A stretch of 27,330 nucleotides of DNA, taken from assembly GCA_031385205.1 (NCBI GenBank), contig JANNBG010000259.1, positions 1 through 27,330 of the forward strand. Reading direction: 5' to 3'. The notes beneath the pieces were generated by a model. The model saw nothing but the letters and a program-made list of their open reading frames with translations. It ran no database searches and was not told the origin of the DNA. The position numbers and the translations under genes were made by a program. The DNA comes from Rhodobacterales bacterium (GTDB lineage: Bacteria > Pseudomonadota > Alphaproteobacteria > Rhodobacterales > Rhodobacteraceae). Below are positions 1 through 6,951 of this stretch, piece by piece (the first letter of the stretch is position 1; each line of letters starts with the position of its first letter).

Positions 1-77
1 CCGGCGAGCGTCATCTCCCTGCATGTGTCGGGCAGGCTCGTCTTCGCCGGTGCCTCGACCGTCTGGGGCGGCGGCAT
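1..77 (-). CDS. Possible 5' end of a gene running off the left edge (MPPPQTVEAPAKTSLPDTCREMTLA...)
   Basis: ATG at 77-75 is preceded by AAGGAA (complement of 82-87), and the frame is open to the window edge. Too short to assign a family. Confidence 0.3.
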   Translation of the reverse strand, partial: MPPPQTVEAPAKTSLPDTCREMTLA

Positions 78-250
78 GGCGTTCCTTGACCGGAGTGCAT
101 CCGGTCGGGTCGCGTGCCGCGCAGAGGTATTTTTGCAGTCATATCAACGGGGTTTTTGGCACCGGCAGCGTGTATGGGTGTCTGTTGGCCGGGAAGAAGA
201 GGTATGAAGGGCGTATCCCGGATATGTTATCCTTGGGGCGTGAGGATGAC

Positions 251-445
251 ATGACAGCAGCAGACCGGATCTGGCGCAAGGCGCGGCTGGAGTTTACGGG
301 TCTGGGGTTTACGGATCTGGGGTTTACGCGGCATGTCAAAACCGACCGGGTCATCAGTGTGGGCGCACAGTCCGTGCTCGTCGACTGGCCCGATGCGCTG
401 GTGCCGCGGCGCACTTTGAAGGCGTTTCTGGCAAGCCTTGTCTGA
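251..445 (+). CDS. Small hypothetical protein (64 aa, MTAADRIWRKARLEF...FLASLV)
   Basis: GAGGA RBS just before ATG 251; GC-rich codon pattern. The track ORF from 23 is probably over-extended. No family recognised. Confidence 0.5.
   Translation: MTAADRIWRKARLEFTGLGFTDLGFTRHVKTDRVISVGAQSVLVDWPDALVPRRTLKAFLASLV
292..328 (+). repeat. 15-bp tandem repeat, about 2.5 copies (GTTTACGGGTCTGGG / GTTTACGGATCTGGG / GTTTACG)
   Basis: Read directly; in frame, encoding FTGLG-FTDLG-FT. Confidence 0.85.
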
Positions 446-573
446 CAGCTATGGCGTGGGGGGCGCGAAGATGTGCAGATCAGCAACGGAGTGTTTCCTT
501 TCGCATGGTTAACCACGTGGAATTGAGTCGCGTGCTATGCGGTCAGGATGTATGGATATATGAACACTATTCG

Positions 574-1854
574 ATGCCTTACCTTTCCCGGACCCTGATG
601 CCCCGCGCGCGCCTCCTTTTCTGTCTGCTGCCAGCCGTGGTGCTGGGGCTTGCTGCACAGGCAGCTCCTGTGGCGCAGGATGCAGGGCTTGCCGCACAGC
701 GCGGGCTACCGCTGCATCAGAAATTCCGCCCCGATGGCAGTTCGGTTATCACTTCGGCTGATGCGCGCGTCTGTGTTGTCAGCCGCCGGATTCAGATCGA
801 GACATCAACCTATCAGGCGGTGGATGGGGCCTTGGTGCCGTTTGACCAGATCACCCGTAGTCCGGCCGCCTCGGTGCAGGCGGTGGTGGACAAGGACACC
901 GCGCCGGGTTTTCGCATACAGTTGAAATACAGCCCCACCTTGGCAGAACCCATCACGTTGCGCGTGGGCGCGCAGGTCTTTGATCTGCGCAGCGTGATGG
1001 AGCCCAGCACCGACAGCCTGTGGATATCAGGGGATGTGGCCAGGGTGGTGGAGGTGGCGTTCCGGGCCGGGCAGACGGTGGAACTGGTGGCGGTGTCGGG
1101 TGATACCGCACGGCATGTGACCGATCAGCTGACCCCGCCGGATATGACGGCGCTGGATCTGTGCAAGGCGGCGCTGACGGAAAAAGTCGCTGGTGATACG
1201 CTAGTCACCAATGAGGTGCGCATCAGTTTTGAGGCCGATCCTGAAACGACGCCGCTGGCAACACTGCCGGATTTGCGCACCTGCGGGATGACCGATGCGC
1301 CGGGGGAGTTGCATCTGGCACGCCTGACCAGTGTGACCGGGTTCTTTGCGCAGACCGACAAGATTTTCGTGTCCTTCGATGCAGCGGGTGCGGTGGCGCA
1401 GGCCTATATTCCGGGCATCTTTGAGGCGGACTTCCGCAATGGGGCACATCAGATCCGCATCAGCCGGGCGGCGAACAGCAATCTGCCGATGGCGGTGAAC
1501 GCCGTGAAAGGCTGCCTTGGGGCCGAGGCGGAAACGCTGTGCAGTTATCACGATGGCAAGGGCCATCTGCTGGCCAGCTGCATGGATGGCAGCGGTGACG
1601 GCTTGGGCACACCTCTGGCAGGGCTGCCCGGCAGGGGCCGCCCCACCGTCGGCGATCTGATCCCGAACCCGCAAGACGGGGGCGGCGGGGGCACACCCTT
1701 GGGCACGGGCACACTGGTCGGTGCGGTTGGGGGGAATACGGACACGAACCCTGACCCTGATCCCGCTCCATCGCCTGTTCCCCTGCCGGCCACCGGCGTA
1801 CTGTTGGTGGGGGCGGCAGGCCTGCTGGCCGCATTGCGCCGCCGGAAGGCGTGA
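574..1854 (+). CDS. Secreted VPLPA-CTERM sorting-domain protein (exosortase substrate); true start 574 or 598
   Basis: N-terminal signal peptide MPRARLLFCLLPAVVLGLAAQA. Gly/Pro-rich linker (NPDPDPAPSP), then VPLPA, a hydrophobic helix (TGVLLVGAAGLLAAL) and basic tail RRRKA. The 451 start is not supported. Confidence 0.9.
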   Translation: MPYLSRTLMPRARLLFCLLPAVVLGLAAQAAPVAQDAGLAAQRGLPLHQKFRPDGSSVITSADARVCVVSRRIQIETSTYQAVDGALVPFDQITRSPAASVQAVVDKDTAPGFRIQLKYSPTLAEPITLRVGAQVFDLRSVMEPSTDSLWISGDVARVVEVAFRAGQTVELVAVSGDTARHVTDQLTPPDMTALDLCKAALTEKVAGDTLVTNEVRISFEADPETTPLATLPDLRTCGMTDAPGELHLARLTSVTGFFAQTDKIFVSFDAAGAVAQAYIPGIFEADFRNGAHQIRISRAANSNLPMAVNAVKGCLGAEAETLCSYHDGKGHLLASCMDGSGDGLGTPLAGLPGRGRPTVGDLIPNPQDGGGGGTPLGTGTLVGAVGGNTDTNPDPDPAPSPVPLPATGVLLVGAAGLLAALRRRKA

Positions 1855-2525
1855 TGCGCGCCTGTCTGGCGCTGCTGTCTGCAGTGGTCCTGACCGGAAC
1901 CACGTCGCAGGCCCAAGACATCCCCACGGCCCTTGGCCGGATCAGCTATGCCGCCGTTCCTGCCGCAGGGGATGCCATCTGCACCGGCACACTGGTGGCC
2001 GCCGATCTGGTGCTGACGGCGGGACATTGTCTGCGCGGAGCCATTGCGGACCCGGCCAGCGTCTGGTTTGCCGCAGGCTATCGTGACGGGCACAGCGCAG
2101 CACTGGTGCAAGGCGCTGATATCATTCTGCTGGATGGGGACGGGACCGGCGGCTTTTTGCGCGATCTGGCATTGCTGCGGTTGGCACAGCCTATCCCTGC
2201 GGATCTTGTCACACCCTTGCCACTGGCCAATCCGGATGCGGCGGTCTTTACCCTGATGGCGTATCGCCGCGATACGCCTGAGCGGGTCATACGGGCAGCC
2301 CCTTGCACGCCCGTGGCGGCCCCTGCCGGAATGCTGGGGCTGACCTGTGGGGTGGTGTCGGGCAACTCTGGCGCGCCCGTGTTACAAAGGGTGGCCACCG
2401 GCTGGCAGATCGCGGCCGTGGTTGTTGCGGCAGCTGAAGGCGGCCGCCTGCGCACATTGGCCGCAATCCCCCTGCCTGCCTTGCAGGCGCGGATCGCAGG
2501 CGAGAGAGACGTCCCCACCCCCTGA
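1851..2525 (+). CDS. Secreted trypsin-like (S1, V8-like) serine protease
   Basis: Signal peptide; catalytic triad motifs CTGTLV..LTAGHC (His), RDLALL (Asp) and GNSGAPV (Ser). The start GTGATG overlaps the upstream TGA. Confidence 0.9.
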   Translation: MMRACLALLSAVVLTGTTSQAQDIPTALGRISYAAVPAAGDAICTGTLVAADLVLTAGHCLRGAIADPASVWFAAGYRDGHSAALVQGADIILLDGDGTGGFLRDLALLRLAQPIPADLVTPLPLANPDAAVFTLMAYRRDTPERVIRAAPCTPVAAPAGMLGLTCGVVSGNSGAPVLQRVATGWQIAAVVVAAAEGGRLRTLAAIPLPALQARIAGERDVPTP

Positions 2526-2781
2526 CCTACCGAATCTGCGCCGGCCATTGTTTCCGCTTGTCATGAAATACGCCCCTCCGTGACGGGCCTTTTGCCCCCG
2601 GCGGGCGACCAAACGCCACCAAAAGTTAACACTTTCGGGCATCGACAGGTTCGTGCGGCGCGGGAAAGAGCTGATAGCTGCGCAACTTAAAGTAGCTAAC
2701 GCCATGATTTCATACAGAATAAACCACAAGAAGTTCACACGTTTACCAATATTTAACCTTAATTAATATTAATATTTCTGG

Positions 2782-2797
2782 TTAATAATTATTTAAC
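2782..2797. promoter_or_regulatory. CtrA-type full binding site TTAA-N7-TTAAC in an AT-rich promoter region
   Basis: gTTAAtaattatTTAAC at 2781-2797 matches the established CtrA consensus exactly. Six TTAA tetramers fall in 2753-2796, including a TTAACC half-site at 2753-2758. Confidence 0.7.
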
Positions 2798-2901
2798 ATA
2801 TTTGTTCAAATGAACGAAATGTTTCCTGATTATGAACAATTACCACTGCGAAAACAGCCTCACAGAAACGCCGAAAATCGGTAAAAAGAGGACGTGCAGT
2901 C

Positions 2902-3537
2902 ATGAAACGTAAAACCGAAACAAGCCAGAAACCTGCGGATACCCGGACAGCCGGAGGAACGCTTTCAATGGATGGAGTTCAAACACTGCTTGATTTTAAC
3001 AAGGCGATACAATATTTCGCTGAGATTGAAGATCGCTGTGACACGGCTATTCAGAGTCAGGACGAGTTGATCCGCAAGGTATCGCGCCGGATGCATGGCA
3101 CGGTTGATACAACGGGGGCCGCAGATGACGTGCAGCCGTTATCGACGCAAGAGGCGTACCGGACAACGATCACGGCGACTGATCTGCCGTTTTCAGAGTA
3201 TCGCAAGATTGCGGCGCTGGCCAATAGCCGTGTTGGCGCGCAGATGCCGATGGCAACTTTGCGTTTCATCAGCCAGGCGGGGCGGTCAGAAATTGATATG
3301 ATTGAAGACCTTGAGGCCGAGGTGATGGAACTGCGCCGCCTGATGACCGAGGTGGAGGGACTGATCCTGGAGAATGTGCCGCGCAGCGCCCAGGATGCGA
3401 CGGCAAAGCTGACCTTCATGACCGGGCTGATGCTGGATGGGGGCGAGATCGAGTTCGACTATTTTGCCTATATCGTGGCCGAATGCGCGGAGGTGATTGA
3501 TATCGAGCTGCGTGTTGACAGGGAGCTGCGGGCCTAA
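2902..3537 (+). CDS. Hypothetical cytoplasmic, probably all-helical protein (211 aa)
   Basis: AGAGGA RBS; long clean ORF. C-terminal PRSAQDATAKLTFMTGLMLDGGEIEFDYFAYIV segment; no signal peptide and no recognised family. Confidence 0.8.
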   Translation: MKRKTETSQKPADTRTAGGTLSMDGVQTLLDFNKAIQYFAEIEDRCDTAIQSQDELIRKVSRRMHGTVDTTGAADDVQPLSTQEAYRTTITATDLPFSEYRKIAALANSRVGAQMPMATLRFISQAGRSEIDMIEDLEAEVMELRRLMTEVEGLILENVPRSAQDATAKLTFMTGLMLDGGEIEFDYFAYIVAECAEVIDIELRVDRELRA

Positions 3538-3545
3538 AGACGCCG

Positions 3546-3578
3546 CCGTTATCTTGCCAGATGAGGGCAAGATGACGG
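3546..3578 (+). terminator. 13-bp stem hairpin just after the stop of 2902-3537
   Basis: CCGTTATCTTGCC-agatgag-GGCAAGATGACGG with one G-U pair; no U-tract. Confidence 0.45.
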
Positions 3579-3627
3579 GCTGTGAAATGAAACTACAGAG
3601 GTTTGGTAAATTGAAAAATATGGAATG

Positions 3628-3653
3628 GGGCGCATCATGTTTGCGCCCTTTTT
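3628..3653 (+). terminator. Rho-independent terminator
   Basis: GGGCGCA-tcatgtt-TGCGCCC followed by TTTTT. Confidence 0.7.
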
Positions 3654-3725
3654 CTGTTATCAGAGCGCTGACTATTTTTGGTATTGCGTGACGTGCTGAT
3701 GATGCCAAAGAACTGCAAAGCAAGA

Positions 3726-4878
3726 TCAGAACAAGCGGGCAAGATCATTTATTGCCACAGCCTCAACCCCATTGCCCAGCGGATCGCTGTGGTTGCCAGC
3801 ATGCACCACAATCCGCCGTGCAGGGGCAAGGTCGTCACAGGCAAGGTGAAAGCCTTTGCCAACCGTGGGGGCGGAGGTGAGCGTGATGTCGATGGCCCAG
3901 ACATCGCCCGGCTGCAGGGATACGATCAGATCAATCTCGGCCCCGGCAGCGGTGCGGTAAAAGCCGATCTGCGCGGCTTGGGGCAGGCGGCCTGCGATGG
4001 CCTCGATCACAAAGCCTTCCCAGGACCCGCCCACCACCGGATGGCCCAGCAGATCGTTATAACTGCCGATGCCCAGCAGGGCGTGGCACAGGCCGGTGTC
4101 ACGGACGTAAACCTTGGGCGATTTGACCATACGCTTGCCCTGATTGCTGGTCCAGGGTTGCAGCCTGCGCACCAGCAGCAGATCGACCATCAGGTCGAGA
4201 TAGCGCGCGATGGTGACGCCGCTGAGGTCGAGCCCGCGGGCAAGCGAGGCTGCATTGACGGTCTGCCCTTGGGTGTGGGCGAGCATGACCCAGAACCGGC
4301 GCAGGGTTTCAGCCGGGATGCGCGGGCCAAGCTGGGGGATGTCACGTTCCAGACAGGTGCGGATGAAATCGGCACGCCAGGCGAGGCTGTCGGCGTCACT
4401 GGCCGCCAGATAGCTTTCGGGAAAGCCACCCCGCAGCCACAGGGGCCGGATATCGCCCTGCGGCACTTCGGTGGGGCCGATGGATTGCAGTTCCAGCTGG
4501 GCAATACGGCCCGCGAGCGATTCGGAAGATTGCTGCAGCAGCTCCATCGAGGCGGATCCCAGCAGAAGGAACTGTCCAAAGCGTTGCCCCGCACGGCGGC
4601 GGTCGTCGATGATGCCGCGCAGCGGGGCAAAGAGATCAGGCCGCCGCTGCACTTCGTCCAGCACGATCATGACATCGGGGTTGGCCGCACAGAACGCCTC
4701 GATATCGGTGATGCGGGCCAGATCGGCGGGGCGTTCAAGATCAAGGTAGACGGCACCCGTGCTTTGTGCCACGGCGCGCGAGTGTGGTCTTCCCGATCTG
4801 CCGGGGCCCGGTCAGCACAACGGCAGGCGCGCGTTGCAAGGCGGCGTGGAGATGGGTGAGGAGGTGGCGAGTGATCAT
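3726..4878 (-). pseudogene. AAA+ ATPase (AAA_14) + DUF4143 protein, frameshifted just after Walker A
   Basis: ATG 4878 gives MITRHLLTHLHAALQRAPAVVLTGPRQIGKTTLARR and then stops. The body (VAQSTGAVYLDLE...LDEVQ...LLGSAS...SESLAGR...KSPKVYVRDTGL...GGSWEGFVI...EIDL) continues in another frame from 4772. The 1153-bp length is not a multiple of 3. Confidence 0.85.
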
Positions 4879-4880
4879 CC

Positions 4881-4913
4881 TTGTAAAAGTAATATATAAT
4901 ATTGGATTTGCAA
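4881..4913. promoter_or_regulatory. Inverted repeat around an AT-rich core directly before the AAA+ start codon (candidate operator/promoter)
   Basis: TTGTAAA-agtaatatataatattgga-TTTGCAA; arms match 6 of 7. No normally spaced RBS, so the mRNA may be leaderless. Confidence 0.45.
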
Positions 4914-5073
4914 GGATAGCTTGGAGCCTTCAGTCACAGCCATGCGATGAGAAAAGGGGGGGGGGAAAGAATGGCAGGAAATGCGGGATGTCTACAAATA
5001 TTCACAGAGCAGGATTCCGGCCCCGAAAAGGACCGAACCTTGCAGGATGGGTATGCGCGCATGGCCTTGGAAT

Positions 5074-5139
5074 TTATGATGGCAAAGCACGCCGCACGGC
5101 ATCAGGCTCTTTCTTTACCATCCGCATCAGGGTTGCCTC
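5074..5139 (-). pseudogene. Possible C-terminal remnant of an XRE-family HTH (antitoxin-like) gene
   Basis: Minus frame reads EATLMRMVKKEPDAVRRALPS*, resembling the ..LLR.I...P.AVRRAL ends of small XRE-HTH proteins. No HTH N-terminus is present. Confidence 0.35.
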
Positions 5140-5191
5140 AAGCGCCACTGCTATGGCGGAAACAGCACGCCTCCCATCAGACTGCCCTTCC

Positions 5192-5245
5192 ATCGCTCAT
5201 ATATATTTGTGATGATGAGCGATAGAGAGGGGCTCTATCGCGCAT
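5192..5245. promoter_or_regulatory. Three alternating copies of ATGAGCGAT(A) upstream of the Fic gene (candidate autoregulatory operator)
   Basis: ATCGCTCAT 5192-5200, ATGAGCGATAGAG 5215-5227 and CTCTATCGCGCAT 5233-5245; the last copy overlaps the start codon. Confidence 0.65.
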
Positions 5246-6371
5246 GCCATGGAACTGGACACATGTCGGCTGGCCCGCCTTCACATTCGATGCGTCCGCG
5301 CTTGACGAATTTGAGCGGCGGTTTCTGCTGTCCTGTGGCGAGATCCTCGGGGCCGTGCGCCATGTTGACGGCGATGCACGGGACCAGCTCCGCATCGAGC
5401 TGTTGAGCGAAGAGGCCATGCGAACAAGCGCGATCGAAGGCGAAGTGCTGGACAGGCGCAGCGTGCAGTCCTCGCTGCGCCGCGCCTTTGGTCTTGTGCC
5501 CGATCAGCAGGGGATAAAGCCCCGCGAACACGGCATCGCCGAGATGACGGTCGATGTCTATTCCACCTATCCGGCACCGCTTGACCATCAGACGCTGTTT
5601 CGCTGGCACGGCATGCTTTTGGGCCATGACCGGAAACTGGAGACTGTCGGGGGCTACAGGCGGCATGATGATGCGATGCAGATCGTCTCGGGCCGCATCG
5701 ATCGCCCGACGGTTCACTTCGAGGCTCCACCATCGGCGCGGGTACCCGAAGAGATGCGGGCCTTCATCGACTGGTTCAACCGGACGGTACCGGATGGCCC
5801 GACCCCTTTGCCAGCCCTGACACGGGCCGGGCTCGGACATCTTTACTTTGAAAGCATCCATCCGTTTGAGGATGGCAATGGGCGTCTTGGCCGGGCGCTG
5901 GCCGAGAAATCGCTGGCACAGAACATCGGCCAACCCAGCCTGATCGCGCTGTCCCACACCATCGAGCGCGACCGGAAGGCCTATTACGACCAGTTGGAAA
6001 CCCATCAGAGGTCGCTGGACATCACGGGCTGGCTTGTCTGGTTTGCGCGTATTGTACGCATGGCCCAACAGACCACGCTGCACCGCGCCATGTTTTTCAT
6101 CGCCAAGACGCGCTTTTATGACCGGCATCGTGATCGGTTGAATGACCGCCAAGGCAAGGCCATCGCGCGGATGTTTCGGGAAGGGCCGGCGGGGTTTGTC
6201 GGCGGTCTGAGCGCCGAGAATTATATTGCCATCACCGGCACCTCGCGCGCGACCGCCACGCGGGATCTGCACGATCTTGTCACGCAGGGCATGCTGGTCC
6301 GGACGGGCGAGCGCCGCTACACGCGGTATTGGCTGAACCTGCCGGATCAGGGCGCTGACATGTCGGGGTGA
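5244..6371 (+). CDS. Fic family protein (N-terminal DUF4172, Fic domain, C-terminal wHTH)
   Basis: MPWNW...WP.F.FD N-terminus; canonical HPFEDGNGRLGR Fic motif; C-terminal SAENYIAITGTSRATATRDLHDLV...GERRYTRY. Confidence 0.93.
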   Translation: MPWNWTHVGWPAFTFDASALDEFERRFLLSCGEILGAVRHVDGDARDQLRIELLSEEAMRTSAIEGEVLDRRSVQSSLRRAFGLVPDQQGIKPREHGIAEMTVDVYSTYPAPLDHQTLFRWHGMLLGHDRKLETVGGYRRHDDAMQIVSGRIDRPTVHFEAPPSARVPEEMRAFIDWFNRTVPDGPTPLPALTRAGLGHLYFESIHPFEDGNGRLGRALAEKSLAQNIGQPSLIALSHTIERDRKAYYDQLETHQRSLDITGWLVWFARIVRMAQQTTLHRAMFFIAKTRFYDRHRDRLNDRQGKAIARMFREGPAGFVGGLSAENYIAITGTSRATATRDLHDLVTQGMLVRTGERRYTRYWLNLPDQGADMSG

Positions 6372-6385
6372 GCCGACATGTCAGC
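6354..6385. terminator. Perfect 13-bp inverted repeat between the convergent Fic and VPLPA genes
   Basis: GCTGACATGTCGG-ggtgag-CCGACATGTCAGC, spanning the Fic stop codon; no U-tract. Confidence 0.55.
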
Positions 6386-6430
6386 CGTGGTCATGCGGCA
6401 ACAAGCGTTGTTGCCGTGATGGGGTGGCCT

Positions 6431-6811
6431 TCAGGCCGTCTTGCGACGGCGCAGGGCGGCGATGCCACCAAGTGCGCTGAGCAGAAGCAGACCCCCGGCG
6501 GGCAATGGCACGATGCTGATGCCGGTAATGGAGGCCGTGCTGGTTTCACTTCTGCCAAGGAACAGACCGGAGCCGCCCTGAAAGTCGAAGGCGACTTCGG
6601 AGCCGTTCGGCAGGGTAGTGTTCTGCGGCGTGACCGAGGTCCAGGTCAGCACCCCGGCGGTGATGTTGCCGAATAACAAAAGCGCGCTGCCATTGCCCGC
6701 GCCTGTGACCGACAGCAGCGGGGATGAGAAGGCAAGAACGGCTGAAATTGAGAAGCGGTCTGTGCCCGTGCCAGAGGTATTGCCCGTTTTCTGGGCATTA
6801 ACTTTGATGTC
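6431..6811 (-). pseudogene. 5'-truncated VPLPA-CTERM surface protein
   Basis: C-terminus IVPLPAGGLLLLSALGGIAALRRRKTA. The frame is open up to a stop at 6859-6857 with no ATG/GTG/TTG upstream of 6679 and no signal peptide. Protein-like T/G/S-rich sequence (DIKVNAQKTGNTSGTG...) gives way to low-complexity LKQKQKLL above about 6812-6825. Confidence 0.75.
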
Positions 6812-6819
6812 ACGCAGGT

Positions 6820-6951
6820 GGGTGGAAATAAGTAGCTTTTGCTTTTGTTTGAGGGTTCAAAAGACATTGTTTACAGTGCTGGTTAAGTTACAGTTTACAG
6901 ATATTGCCCTGTGCAGAACCGGGTGCTCACTCAAACCCTCGTTTGTGATAC
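6820..6951. promoter_or_regulatory. Putative res-site/promoter region of the resolvase
   Basis: About 130 bp of AT-richer DNA directly upstream of a serine resolvase. Contains the inverted repeat CAAAC-cctc-GTTTG (6932-6945) and TTACAG direct repeats at 6871, 6888 and 6895. Subsites could not be mapped exactly. Confidence 0.45.

Noticed and set aside
451-573. Extended N-terminus of the VPLPA protein from ATG 451
   Set aside because: It would push the signal peptide about 45 residues inward and cover the likely promoter region.
2574-2606. Terminator after the protease gene
   Set aside because: Only a weak 4-bp GCCC/GGGC stem before TTTT; not convincing.
3678-4859. 393-aa plus-strand ORF
   Set aside because: Antisense shadow of the AAA+/DUF4143 gene; no motifs of its own.
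4947-5225. 92-aa plus-strand ORF through the G10 tract
   Set aside because: No RBS or recognisable motif, and it overlaps the Fic regulatory repeats.
5235-6272. 345-aa minus-strand ORF
   Set aside because: Antisense shadow of the Fic gene.
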